A DNA stretch of 63,982 nucleotides, counting the filler, from an uncultured Clostridia bacterium (lineage in GTDB: Bacteria > Aerophobota > Aerophobia > Aerophobales > B3-G15), in assembly GCA_964482715.1 (NCBI GenBank). It is 4 parts of 4 records of this genome, joined end to end, with 100 filler letters (N's around TTAATTAATTAA, not from the genome) between each part and the next. Parts side by side here need not be neighbours in the genome. Positions count along the whole stretch, not along the records: positions 35,360 to 52,267 come from CAYZYX010000037.1; 3 more parts are not named here. One strand, given 5' to 3'. Below, piece by piece: positions 40,899 to 51,122 of the stretch. Under the pieces are notes generated by a model. It was not told the origin of the DNA, did no database searches, and saw only the letters and a list, made by a program, of their open reading frames with translations. The translations under genes were made by a program, and so were the position numbers. The number at the start of each line of letters is the position of its first letter. The stretch's first letter is position 1.

Positions 40899-41065
40899 CC
40901 TTTTCTCCTTGTTTTATTTTTTAGAACACCTTTTTGTCTTCATCCAGTGAGAGATCTCTCACCAAAGCTATCCTGTCTCTCCTTTCCTGTAGGGATGAGA
41001 TTAAATTCTGGTTATAATACAAAACCTCAAGAAATTGTCAACCGGCATCTGTTCTCTGTTTACTC

Positions 41066-41094
41066 TTGACGGATTTTTAAGAGTGTGGTATATT
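41066..41094 (+). promoter_or_regulatory. sigma70 promoter of HU gene
   Basis: TTGACG-17 bp-TATATT with TG extension. Confidence 0.6.
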
Positions 41095-41135
41095 CAGAAT
41101 TTGAACTAAAATAGCGAGAAAGGGGGTGAGAGACT

Positions 41136-41408
41136 TTGAACAAGGCCGAACTTGTGGAACAGGTAGCCGGAGAAGTGGGATTAACTAAAAAAGATGTAAA
41201 TAACGTTATCGATGCGATGACGTCAGCTATCACCGATGCTCTTGCCAAAAGAGACAAGGTAACGTTGGTGGGATTTGGAACTTTTCTGGTCCAGAAAAGA
41301 AAGGCCCGTCAGGGAGTAAATCCTCAAACTGGTGCCAAAATAAACATTCCCGAAAAAGAAGTCCCCAAGTTTCGCCCTGGTAGAGCCTTAAGAGAAGCAA
41401 TAGGTTAA
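41136..41408 (+). CDS. hup: DNA-binding protein HU
   Basis: MNKAELV...VTLVGFGTF...RQGVNPQTG...PKFRPG. Confidence 0.96.
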   Translation: MNKAELVEQVAGEVGLTKKDVNNVIDAMTSAITDALAKRDKVTLVGFGTFLVQKRKARQGVNPQTGAKINIPEKEVPKFRPGRALREAIG

Positions 41409-41416
41409 TTGTGGCT

Positions 41417-41442
41417 CAGGGGGGAAATATATTGCCCCCCTG
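41417..41442 (+). terminator. Hairpin after HU
   Basis: CAGGGGGG...CCCCCCTG; weak U-tract. Confidence 0.5.
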
Positions 41443-41476
41443 GTGTCCTTAAAAAATATATAAAAATCTGGTGGCA

Positions 41477-41818
41477 ATGATTGATCGTTATGATTTTGGA
41501 AAGATTACCATAGGAGGAAAAAACTATAGTAGCGATGTTATTATATTCCCTGATAAGATAAAAGACAACTGGTGGAGGAAACAAGGACATTTATTACTTC
41601 CAGAAGATCTTGGAGAGGTAGTTAAAGAAAAGCCCGACATTTTAGTTGTGGGTACGGGGTATTCTGGATTGATGCAGGTTCCCGAGTCAACCGTAAAATG
41701 GCTTAAAGAGCAAGGAATAAAAGTAGAAATAAAACCCACCCGTGAGGCCTGCAGCATTTTCAACAGACTTTTATCGTCCAATAAAAAAGTAATAGCCGTC
41801 CTTCACCTTACCTGTTAA
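41477..41818 (+). CDS. Mth938-like (DUF498) protein
   Basis: IDRYDFG.I.IGG..Y.SD, WWR..GH, VVGTG, C-terminal HLTC. Confidence 0.88.
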   Translation: MIDRYDFGKITIGGKNYSSDVIIFPDKIKDNWWRKQGHLLLPEDLGEVVKEKPDILVVGTGYSGLMQVPESTVKWLKEQGIKVEIKPTREACSIFNRLLSSNKKVIAVLHLTC

Positions 41819-41905
41819 AAGACAGAGAAATTTTAACTTCCAGGGTCCAAATTGACAAAGAGCTTTTATTTGCTAATAATTTGGAACTAAAAGGGGGGTT
41901 CACTG

Positions 41906-42989
41906 ATGCTTGATGAGATTAAATTAACCGTGGCAAAGAAGAAATTAGAGGAAATAAGAGGCTTTCTTTGAGATTGAAAAGATAAACAATAAAATAAAGA
42001 AGCTTGAAAAACAGCTCTCCAGTCCGGACTTCTGGAAAGAAAATGACCGCACAAATGTGTTGCAAAGGCTAAGTTTTCTTAAAGAACAGGTCAGCAAATG
42101 GCAGAAACTCTTTAATTTGTATGAGGAAGTTGTAACTTTAAACGATCTTTTAAAAGAAGAAAAAGATTTAGAGCTGGAGAAGGAACTGAATAAGAAGTTT
42201 TTTCTCTTGCAAGATTTGCTGGAGAAACTGCATATTCAGTCTTTACTCCGTGGAAAACACGATCAGGCAAACGCTATATTATCCATTCATCCAGGTGCCG
42301 GGGGGACTGATTCCTGCGATTGGGCTCAGATTCTTCTCCGCATGTATATTAACTGGGCAACCGATAAAGGATACAGGATAAGAGAAGTAGAATGTATACC
42401 CGGAGAAGAGGCAGGAATTAAAAGTGCTACCTTAATTATAGAGGGAAGTTTCGCCTATGGTTATCTTAAAGAAGAGGTAGGTATTCATCGATTGGTCAGA
42501 ATCTCTCCTTTTGATGCATCTCACCGGCGTCATACTTCCTTTGCCGCGGTGGATGTTATCCCGGAAACTGAGGAAGAGGAAATAGAACTAAAAGAAGGCG
42601 ATCTAAAAATTGAAACCTTTAGAGCTGGAGGACCAGGTGGTCAGCACGTCAATGTTACCGATTCAGCAGTCAGGATTACCCATTTACCCACGGGTATAGT
42701 GGTTCAATGTCAGGATCAGAGATCCCAGCATAAAAATAAAGCACTGGCTCTTAGAATTTTAAGATCCCGACTCTATAATCTAAAAGAGATTGAGAAGAGG
42801 AAAAAACTGCAGGAAAGATACCAGGAGAAGGCAAGAATTGAATGGGGAAACCAGGTCAGATCCTACATTCTTCATCCTTATAAATTGGTCAAGGATCACA
42901 GAACAGGTCTGGAAACTGCAGATGTTGAATCTGTTTTTGCCGGAAAATTAGATTCTTTTATCCTGGCTTCTTTAAAACAAAAAGACTAA
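41906..42989 (+). CDS. prfB: Peptide chain release factor 2 (programmed +1 frameshift at CTT-TGA 41966-41971)
   Basis: 21-codon first segment MLDEIK...IRGFL ends at TGA; the +1 frame continues EIEK...PDFW into the ORF with SPF and GGQ motifs. Confidence 0.95.
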
Positions 42990-43027
42990 TTTTATTCAAG
43001 TCAACTTAGCTTACAACGGAGGAAAGC

Positions 43028-44197
43028 ATGGGATACTATATAGGAAGGGAACGTAAGGCAAGAAAGGCCTACGGATTTGATGAGGTTGCTCTTGTTCCAG
43101 GAAATAAGACAATTGATCCAGAAGATGTCGACATTAGCTGGAAAATAGGAGATTTCACTTTTTCCATTCCTATCCTGGCTTCAGCTATGGATGGAGTGGT
43201 AGACGTAGGGTTCGCAATTAAAATGGGAAAACTGGGAGGACTTGCCGTTTTAAATCTGGGAGGAATCCAGACTCGCTATGAAAATCCACAAAAGGTAATC
43301 GAAGAGATAATCCATTCTTCACCCAAAGAAGCGGTGGAAATAATTCAGAAGATATACAAAGAACCCATTAAAGATGAACTAATTGAGAAAAGGGTCAAAG
43401 AAATCAAGAAAGAAAATGTGCCGGTTGCTGTATCCTGCATTCCTCAAGAAGCAGAAAGACTTGGACCCTTAGCCCAGAAAGCTGGAGCCGATATCTTTGT
43501 GGTTCAGGCTACCGTAGCTACAGCTCGATATATATCCTCACGAAAAAAGGCCCTTGATTTTAAGACTTTTTGTCAAAAAATGTCCATCCCGGTAATTGCA
43601 GGAAACTGTGTGACCTATGAAGCTGCCTATGAACTTATGGAGACGGGAGTTGATGCTATTCTGGTAGGTGTGGGACCTGGAGCGGCCTGCACTACAAGGG
43701 AAGTTCTTGGTGTAGGTGTCCCCCAGGTAACGGCTACCATTGATGTGGCAGTTGCTCGCGATGACTATTTAAAACAATCCGGGCGTTACGTCTCCATAAT
43801 AACCGATGGAGGAATGAGAACAGGGGGTGACATATGTAAAGCTCTTGCCTCTGGGGCAGATGCGGTAATGATTGGTTCAGCCTTTGCCCGGGCTAAAGAG
43901 GCACCTGGAAAAGGCTACCACTGGGGAATGGCTACCTCAGACGAGAACCTCCCGCGCGGAGCAAGAGTTTGGGTTGGAACCACCGGGACTCTAAAAGAGA
44001 TCCTTTACGGTCCGGCTCGTCTGGACGATGGCTCCCAGAACCTTGCCTGGGCTATAAAAACAAGCATGGGTTACTGTGGGGTTTCCAATATTAGAGAAAT
44101 GCACAAGGTGGAAATGGTCATAGCTCCTTCTATTAAAAGTGAAGGCAAATTCTTCCAGGAAACACAACGTTTAATAACAAGAAAAAGGGAAGGCTAA
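43028..44197 (+). CDS. GuaB3-family IMP dehydrogenase-related protein (no CBS domains)
   Basis: [36 protein letters not shown]. Confidence 0.85.
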   Translation: MGYYIGRERKARKAYGFDEVALVPGNKTIDPEDVDISWKIGDFTFSIPILASAMDGVVDVGFAIKMGKLGGLAVLNLGGIQTRYENPQKVIEEIIHSSPKEAVEIIQKIYKEPIKDELIEKRVKEIKKENVPVAVSCIPQEAERLGPLAQKAGADIFVVQATVATARYISSRKKALDFKTFCQKMSIPVIAGNCVTYEAAYELMETGVDAILVGVGPGAACTTREVLGVGVPQVTATIDVAVARDDYLKQSGRYVSIITDGGMRTGGDICKALASGADAVMIGSAFARAKEAPGKGYHWGMATSDENLPRGARVWVGTTGTLKEILYGPARLDDGSQNLAWAIKTSMGYCGVSNIREMHKVEMVIAPSIKSEGKFFQETQRLITRKREG

Positions 44198-44382
44198 CTA
44201 AATCGCACCCGACCCGCTTTGATGCAGGAGGTGCAAACATAAGCACGAATAAAACTGCCATTAATTTTAATTCTTTTTCTCTGCAAATTGGGCAGCCACC
44301 TTCTCTTCGTCCTGTGTCCGGACCTGCTTACCTTGTGGCCAACAGAGGGGGCTTTTCCACATATATAGCATTTTCGAGCCAT
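44194..44382 (-). CDS. rpmB: 50S ribosomal protein L28
   Basis: [15 protein letters not shown]...[17 protein letters not shown]. Confidence 0.96.
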   Translation of the reverse strand: MARKCYICGKAPSVGHKVSRSGHRTKRRWLPNLQRKRIKINGSFIRAYVCTSCIKAGRVRFS

Positions 44383-44481
44383 CTTTACTCCTTTTATCTT
44401 TTTTGTTGTATTAAAATAGCAAATTTTTATCCCATGACAAGGGTGCTACATCTAAAGTAAAAATTCCCGGAGTGATAAAAA

Positions 44482-45888
44482 ATGGATTATCAAAAAATAT
44501 CTGATAAAATTCTAAGACGAATTGAAGCTGTAGCCGGAAAACAGCAAGTTTTAACTGAACCTGAAGACCTCGAGGCTTACTCTCACGATGAAACTCCCGG
44601 AATTAGCTTTCTTCCCGAAGTTGTGGTTAAAGTGAAAGAAAAACAGCAGATTGCTGAACTTCTTGACCTTTGCAACAGGGAAAGGATACCTCTGACACCC
44701 AGAGGCGGAGGAACAGGATTAACCGGAGGTGCTATTCCTTTAAAAGGTGGCTTAGTAATAAGCTTTGAGCGAATGGCTGAAATCAAAGATATAGATCCCC
44801 AAAACTCTATGGTTGTGGTGGAGCCAGGAGTTATCACCGGGAATTTACAAAGAGAGCTTGCCCGATATGATTTATTTTACCCGGTAAATCCGGCCAGTCT
44901 TGACAGCTGCACCATAGGTGGTAACGTTGCCGAATCTTCTTCGGGAGCAAATGCTGTAAAGTATGGAGGGACAAGAGACTACGTGTGCGGATTAGAGGCT
45001 ATTTTACCGGGAGGAGGAAAGATAAAAGCTGGAGGTAAACTGGTAAAAAATGTAACAGATCACAGATTTATTCAGGTTTTACTTGGTTCCGAAGGAATTC
45101 TGGCAGTCTTTACGGAAATTACCCTCAGAGTTATTCCTCTTCCGGCAGTCAAAATTGATCTTATTATACCCTTAAAAAAAATATTACATATCCAAAATAT
45201 CGTTACCAAAATCTGGGAAAAGAAAATTCTGCCAACAAGCATCGAATATATTGATAAAACAACCCATCAAATTACAAAAGGCTACGTTGAACATCCTCCT
45301 TCTTTTCCTCAGGCTACCTGTTATCTTCTTGTTGGACTGGATGGAAAAGAGGAAAATGAAGTTATGCAAGATGCAGAGAAAATAGGTAACTTATGTATGG
45401 AAGAGGGAGTAGAAGATATTTTGATAGCCCAGGAGCGGTCAGAGCAGGAAAAACTCTGGAAATTCAGACAGTCAATTAGAGATGCCCTTTTATCGATAAG
45501 TCCCTTAATGATAGAGGAAGATATAGTTGTTCCTCGTAGCAGAATAACAGAGTTTTTGGAATATGTTCATAATTTATGTAAGGAGAGAGAAATTAATGCT
45601 GGAATATTTGGTCATTTGGGAGATGGAAATGTGCACATTAATTTTCTAAATCAGGATTTTGAAGAAAAGGTAAGGTGGGAAGCAAAAATAGAAAAGGTTC
45701 TTCAGAAATTATTTAAAAGGGCTATCTTTATGGGAGGTAAAATCTCTGGTGAACACGGCATCGGGCTGGTCAAAAAGGCCTATCTTCCTCTTGTATTAAG
45801 CCAACAAGAAATAGATATAATGAAGAAATTAAAACTCACTTTTGATCCCAAAAACATATTAAACCCGGGAAAGATATTTGACCTTTAG
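44482..45888 (+). CDS. FAD-linked oxidase, GlcD/D-lactate dehydrogenase-like
   Basis: PRGGGTGLTGG, TIGGNVA, KYG.TRDYV, GHLGDGNVH, SGEHGIG, DPKNILNPGK. Confidence 0.9.
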   Translation: MDYQKISDKILRRIEAVAGKQQVLTEPEDLEAYSHDETPGISFLPEVVVKVKEKQQIAELLDLCNRERIPLTPRGGGTGLTGGAIPLKGGLVISFERMAEIKDIDPQNSMVVVEPGVITGNLQRELARYDLFYPVNPASLDSCTIGGNVAESSSGANAVKYGGTRDYVCGLEAILPGGGKIKAGGKLVKNVTDHRFIQVLLGSEGILAVFTEITLRVIPLPAVKIDLIIPLKKILHIQNIVTKIWEKKILPTSIEYIDKTTHQITKGYVEHPPSFPQATCYLLVGLDGKEENEVMQDAEKIGNLCMEEGVEDILIAQERSEQEKLWKFRQSIRDALLSISPLMIEEDIVVPRSRITEFLEYVHNLCKEREINAGIFGHLGDGNVHINFLNQDFEEKVRWEAKIEKVLQKLFKRAIFMGGKISGEHGIGLVKKAYLPLVLSQQEIDIMKKLKLTFDPKNILNPGKIFDL

Positions 45889-45918
45889 ACAAAGAGAAGG
45901 GGCAGGGAGATTAAAAAA

Positions 45919-46731
45919 TTGGCTCTCTGGAGTCAAAAAATAGCCGAGATAGAAATTGATGGTTTTGTGGTGCCAGCAGTAAACTCAAGCTGGCACCATG
46001 GTGGAGCGTGGGCATTTTACCTGGAACTAAACCCCCATGAGCTGGGTGCTAAAATTCCTGCCGGTCACTTTTATAATTTAAAAATCAACGTTTATGCCCC
46101 CAGAGTAAAATTTGGTCTTTCTCCTGGTGAAATAGAAAAGATAGGAATAGAAACAGAGAAAATTCTTGATGGTTATACTTACGAGCTTGATCGTGCAGAA
46201 ATTGTGGGAAAAAATTACCGAAAAATGTTTACAGGAACTCTTATTGCCTATATTATTGCTCTTCTTACTGCATATGGCTGGTGGTTCATCTGGTTTAGAC
46301 AGCCTTTTCATGCCTTTGTAGGAATAGACAACTGGTGGAAAAACCTGAAAGCCAGAAGACTTTCTCGTTATCATGTAAGAGAGGTCACGTTAGGAAAAGA
46401 TGAAGCAAAAATTGAAGCTGTAAATGAGGTATATCGTTACTATAAGGGCTTAAGAGGAAGATATCTTGAAGTATGCCAGAAAATGAGGGATTATTGCAAA
46501 TCAAGAGCCAGGACAAATCCTGTATTTAAAAAAATGGAAAGGGCTTATCGAGAAATAATCCTTTCAGAGCTGGAAGATAGTTACCTGGTAAAAATGGTGG
46601 CTCACACACTTCCTCAAAAGGTAGTTCGCTTCTTCCTTGGTGATATGGTTTTAATCCCCAAAATACCTGTACCTCGTGTTTTAATTCCGGTTAGAGATCT
46701 TGATTTTGACTTATCCGAGTATCTGGAGTAA
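45919..46731 (+). CDS. Hypothetical protein with one central TM helix
   Basis: 270-aa ORF, TTG start after GGGAG; TM segment MFTGTLIAYIIALLTAYGWWFIWF. Confidence 0.75.
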   Translation: MALWSQKIAEIEIDGFVVPAVNSSWHHGGAWAFYLELNPHELGAKIPAGHFYNLKINVYAPRVKFGLSPGEIEKIGIETEKILDGYTYELDRAEIVGKNYRKMFTGTLIAYIIALLTAYGWWFIWFRQPFHAFVGIDNWWKNLKARRLSRYHVREVTLGKDEAKIEAVNEVYRYYKGLRGRYLEVCQKMRDYCKSRARTNPVFKKMERAYREIILSELEDSYLVKMVAHTLPQKVVRFFLGDMVLIPKIPVPRVLIPVRDLDFDLSEYLE

Positions 46732-46736
46732 TAAAA

Positions 46737-47555
46737 ATGGCCAAAATAGATCTTTACCAGGTATGGCAAAAGGATGGATATACTCTGGTTACCCATTCTG
46801 ATCCTGTATTTTTCACTGACAGGCTGATAAGAAACCAAAAGGTTTTTCGGAGAAAGCAGACTCTGGAAATAATACTTAACGTGGAAAGAACAGATGAAGA
46901 ACTTGTTAGAGTAGCAGAAAATTCTCCTTATCTTAAGGTAGTAGAAGAAAGGGGGGAACTTAAAATTGTTCCCCAACAAGAAATATCACCTGAACTGGAA
47001 AAGACTCTTCTTTGTGCTTTTCGAGATACTTTATTTCAAGAAGAAGCCATGATTAACCAGTACCTTCTATACAGAGATGTCTTTCTGTATCATGGAAGAT
47101 ACAATTACGGAGGATTCTACGGAATCATTCATCGTCTGTTTCCGCTGGTTTTTATCATGCGGGTGGTCAAAGGCTATCAACCAATGGTCTGGCAAATGCT
47201 TCTTTTAGATCCCTATTTTCTAAATCGAGTAAAAGAAAAACTTATCCTCCACTACCAGGAAATAGAAGAAGGGATAAATCGGGCTTTTGAAAATATTACA
47301 TTGATCCAGAAAGAGAACATAGCTCTTCGCGTTCTGAACAACATAGTGAGGAAAAATGAACAAAATGAGGGTTTTAATAAAGCTGCAAAATTATGTGACA
47401 GATTGGGTCTTGGATTTTTAAAGGATTTTTACTGGGTTGCCACACAAGCTACTGAAGATACCGAATGGGATATCTACAAAAAGGCCCCTATTCCATTTAC
47501 ACCCTGGCCTGAAAGTTTAAAAAAGAGGGGAGAGAACCGAAGCTATGAAATTTAA
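46737..47555 (+). CDS. Hypothetical protein
   Basis: 272-aa ORF 5 bp after the previous stop; overlaps the next gene. Confidence 0.78.
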   Translation: MAKIDLYQVWQKDGYTLVTHSDPVFFTDRLIRNQKVFRRKQTLEIILNVERTDEELVRVAENSPYLKVVEERGELKIVPQQEISPELEKTLLCAFRDTLFQEEAMINQYLLYRDVFLYHGRYNYGGFYGIIHRLFPLVFIMRVVKGYQPMVWQMLLLDPYFLNRVKEKLILHYQEIEEGINRAFENITLIQKENIALRVLNNIVRKNEQNEGFNKAAKLCDRLGLGFLKDFYWVATQATEDTEWDIYKKAPIPFTPWPESLKKRGENRSYEI

Positions 47556-48771
47556 AAACTGGTTTAGCAGAAAAGTTGACAAAAAGGTGGATCAGGTCAT
47601 CAACCGCTTTAACATATACCTTTCCGCCTATGACAGTGGTGTGATTGACTATAGCTTAATAAATCAAAAGGAAATTGTTTCTCTGGCCGGACTTAGTTAT
47701 CCTCAGTTTATGGAAAGGGTTTACAGCATTGTGGAGAAAAATAAATTGCCAATAAAATTTGTCCCTGTTAAAGATTTTAGAAATCCGGAACAGGACTTCA
47801 AAACTGAACCACTGGAGTACAAAATATATACACTGGAACTGGGTAACCCTTCCGCTTCCCACAAGATAGTTATTGAAGGAACATGTCATGGAGGAGAACG
47901 AATCCATTCTCTTACCTGTGTGGTTGTTGCCCTTTCTCTGACAAAAGAGGGTCCCTTAAGAGACAAAATTTTAGAAAACTCACACATTTCCATTCTACCT
48001 GCAGCTGATCCTCTTGGCTGGCATAAAAAAACCAGAGCCTATGTAAATATGCGAGGGGAGGAAACGAGAAATCCTGTAGTAGTTCACATGAACCATATTA
48101 GAAATCTTTTTGGATGGAGTGATACAAACAGTGTATTTGGCAGGAGTCTGGAAGAGGCAAAAAGTCCAAGAGTAAGATCCATAGAGAAACATTTCCTCGA
48201 AGTCTTTGGTCCACCTACACTTTACAACAGTTTACATGAAACAGTTATGTTTGGTTCTCACCTCTTTTACGGAAACGCAGGAGTTATGATTCTTCTACAT
48301 TATTACTTCCCTGAAGAGATAAGAGAAACTATTTTTTCTCTTCATTATGCTTTAACTTCAACCGAAAAAATAGATCGCAAATTAAGAAGGTTTAATCCAC
48401 TGGCAGAGATAAAATATACAGAAGATTATCTGGAGTATCACCCCGCTTTTGAAAAGGCAAAATCTATCAGGAACTACATAAAAAGATTGGGAATAAGAAC
48501 ATTTGAGGATAAGTTTTTCCGGGTTGAAAGGGAACTACCTTATCTTGGTCCCAAATCTGAAGTGAGTATAGCTGAGAGCTTGCTTATCATGGGACCTTTA
48601 TTTGTAAAAGCGGGAATCGTTCTGGCTCCTGACTATTACGAGAAGATGAGTGGTACTGTGAGTCAAACCATAGAGACTTTTTCCCAGTCAGAAAGCGAGA
48701 GAGTCCTTCAGGGGGCGGCTTTTATTGATGGTACTTTAAGATGTGAAGTTTTAGGAGAATATTATCCATGA
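47545..48771 (+). CDS. M14-family zinc carboxypeptidase/deacylase-like protein
   Basis: HGGE (HxxE), ILPAADPLG (~PxxNPDG), DTNSVF (~DLNRNF), SLHE, C-terminal TIET. Confidence 0.72.
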   Translation: MKFKNWFSRKVDKKVDQVINRFNIYLSAYDSGVIDYSLINQKEIVSLAGLSYPQFMERVYSIVEKNKLPIKFVPVKDFRNPEQDFKTEPLEYKIYTLELGNPSASHKIVIEGTCHGGERIHSLTCVVVALSLTKEGPLRDKILENSHISILPAADPLGWHKKTRAYVNMRGEETRNPVVVHMNHIRNLFGWSDTNSVFGRSLEEAKSPRVRSIEKHFLEVFGPPTLYNSLHETVMFGSHLFYGNAGVMILLHYYFPEEIRETIFSLHYALTSTEKIDRKLRRFNPLAEIKYTEDYLEYHPAFEKAKSIRNYIKRLGIRTFEDKFFRVERELPYLGPKSEVSIAESLLIMGPLFVKAGIVLAPDYYEKMSGTVSQTIETFSQSESERVLQGAAFIDGTLRCEVLGEYYP

Positions 48772-51110
48772 ATAACCTTGTTTATAACATTGAATATCTT
48801 AAGATTCCTCATCCACTGGAATCTGGAAAATACATAATTAAAAGTCACGATTATCAATTTGAGCGTTTGATGCAGGAGATATACCCTCTCTATACCAACC
48901 CCCTTCATAATTTCCCCCGAATTCAACGAAAAGTCTATGACCCCTTCAATTCAGACCAAAATGAACTTAAAGAAAAGGTGAAGAATTATGACAGGAACCT
49001 CTGGAGAAAGATAAGAGGTGAAATTGGTATAAAAATTGTAAAAGGTTGGGCCAGACTGGGAGTTTGTTTTGCTATCTCCTATATAATCTGGACTCTTTTG
49101 TGGAGTTTTCCCTGGCTTTATGCTTCAATTGATGCAGCATTTAGAGCAATTGGTGATTTTTTAAGCCCCTACGCTATCGGAGTCATGATACTTGCCCCTT
49201 CTATTGCTGGCTTTTATTTTACCCTAACAGGCAAAAATTCTCTCTTCAAGCTTTACAAAAAATTAAAACCTCTCGAATTTTACCCTAAACTGGGGGAGGA
49301 TCATACTATCCGCTTTATAGAAGATCTTAAAATTTTAAATAAAAACATCAGGAAAAAAGCAGGTAGATCTCACCCAGTAGTTAAGGAGATAGAAACTCTG
49401 ATAAAATATATCCAGGAAAAAAACTGGGACAAAATAAAAGGTGCCCTGGATAATATTTTAAATTACATAAATGAAGATCCTCACTTCCCCTGGAGTGAAA
49501 AAGAAAATGTTATAGCAATGACAGAAGATCTCCTTTATCACCTATCAGGAAAGTTTACATTTGCCCCTTTAAAGGTTATATCTTCAAACCATAACAATAA
49601 GATTATCTCACCAAAAGAAAAAGAAAAATTGGCGGGTCTATCTCATCTCTTTGCCTCCCGTGAATTTGTCCTTCTGCGGGAAAAAATCCTGAGCAAATTT
49701 GACTCTCTCACAAGAGCATCCTCGACCAGGGAAAGGATGCGCATCTGTCAAGAAATTTCTTTTCTTTTTAACAAGATGGTATTTTTATGCTCAAGCTACC
49801 ATCTTGGCGATTCTTATCTTCCTTATGAGAAAGGCAGGATTTTAAAAGATTTTTACTATCATCTTTTTGTCACTTTCGGGAAGATGAGCTTTTTCTTGCG
49901 AAAGAAAAAGCCCGGCAACTTTAAATCTTCATTGTTAATAAGAAAGATGATCCATCAACTAAAGAGATCCCTGAATCAGGAAGTAAAAAACAACAAATTA
50001 TTACAATTTTTCAGCACTCACACAGGTGGTGTTATTCTATCAATTGGTATATTAGCCGGTGTTATGCTCTTAACTGGTCTTCATTTTCTAACCTACAACG
50101 ATTTTTCGGTAGTTCATTGGTACAGATTTTCCTACCAGGGATTCTTAGGTGAAGAAGTTTTAACTAAAGATTTTTCTGCTCCTGCTTTGATCAACTGGGG
50201 AAAGGTTAAGATCTTCTGGTATCCACCCAAACCATTCACTTTTGTCCACAATGTAAGTCTGAAAAAGATATATTATGTAAATATCTTTATGGTTTTAAAA
50301 GAAACCGAGCCTTCAGGATTAATCGATCGATTCTTTCATTTTTTCCGGGAAGAATGGGGAAGAGGTTATTCAGGAGTTGAGCTTCGTTTTTCCTACAAGG
50401 TGGTACAGCCAGAGCTATGGTCAGAATACGATTATGATGGTAGAGGGAGTGAACGTCTTGCTCGGGACCTTGAGTCTTATATTTTACAGTATACAGAGAA
50501 AAAGAGACAGGAATTTAGAAGAAAGCTGTACCAAGAAGAGATGGATAAAATTGAATCCCATTTTAGAAAATGCCTGACTCAGGGAAAAATAAGCGAGTGG
50601 ATCCGCAGATTTCTTTATCCATCTCTCTTTGATGTCTATCGTACAGGCTCTATGTATGAACGATATGTCAGTGGACTTAGATGGCTACAGGAGCATCCTC
50701 GAATGGCCACCCAGCCTGAGTGGAAAGAATTTGTAGAACATGAAATCAAAAATATAGAAAAACTCATGCAACAGGAAAATGAAACGCTTATCTCCCGTCC
50801 TCTTAAAGTTAAAAAGCTAATTAAAAGACCTTCTGTATCCGAGCTGCAACGACACCCCAATCTCTATCAAACACTTTCATACCTGGTGGTTGACGATCTT
50901 ATTAATGGAAAAATCCTGGAGGATGTTGAAAAATCAGCAATTACTGGTAGTCCAGATCCTGTAACAGAGGGTCTCATTGACTGGTTGAAAAAAAACTGCA
51001 GGTTACAGGAACTTGTCGGTATTAAATTGATAGATGTTGAGCGTCATGTTCGCAAGGTGAGTGCTCTTGGATGGCAAAATAAACTTAGAAAAAGAGAAAA
51101 TTTAATTTGA
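48768..51110 (+). CDS. Large membrane protein with a putative C-terminal divergent SPFH/band-7 domain
   Basis: 2 TMs, helical region, third TM, then SVV..WYPPKPF..V..V..VELRFSYKVVQP..GIKLIDVE resembling the SPFH pattern. Confidence 0.55.
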   Translation: MNNLVYNIEYLKIPHPLESGKYIIKSHDYQFERLMQEIYPLYTNPLHNFPRIQRKVYDPFNSDQNELKEKVKNYDRNLWRKIRGEIGIKIVKGWARLGVCFAISYIIWTLLWSFPWLYASIDAAFRAIGDFLSPYAIGVMILAPSIAGFYFTLTGKNSLFKLYKKLKPLEFYPKLGEDHTIRFIEDLKILNKNIRKKAGRSHPVVKEIETLIKYIQEKNWDKIKGALDNILNYINEDPHFPWSEKENVIAMTEDLLYHLSGKFTFAPLKVISSNHNNKIISPKEKEKLAGLSHLFASREFVLLREKILSKFDSLTRASSTRERMRICQEISFLFNKMVFLCSSYHLGDSYLPYEKGRILKDFYYHLFVTFGKMSFFLRKKKPGNFKSSLLIRKMIHQLKRSLNQEVKNNKLLQFFSTHTGGVILSIGILAGVMLLTGLHFLTYNDFSVVHWYRFSYQGFLGEEVLTKDFSAPALINWGKVKIFWYPPKPFTFVHNVSLKKIYYVNIFMVLKETEPSGLIDRFFHFFREEWGRGYSGVELRFSYKVVQPELWSEYDYDGRGSERLARDLESYILQYTEKKRQEFRRKLYQEEMDKIESHFRKCLTQGKISEWIRRFLYPSLFDVYRTGSMYERYVSGLRWLQEHPRMATQPEWKEFVEHEIKNIEKLMQQENETLISRPLKVKKLIKRPSVSELQRHPNLYQTLSYLVVDDLINGKILEDVEKSAITGSPDPVTEGLIDWLKKNCRLQELVGIKLIDVERHVRKVSALGWQNKLRKRENLI

Positions 51111-51122
51111 GGATAAGAAAAA

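Noticed and set aside
42057-42989. prfB as a 310-aa protein or a pseudogene
   Set aside because: Explained by the programmed +1 frameshift from ATG 41906
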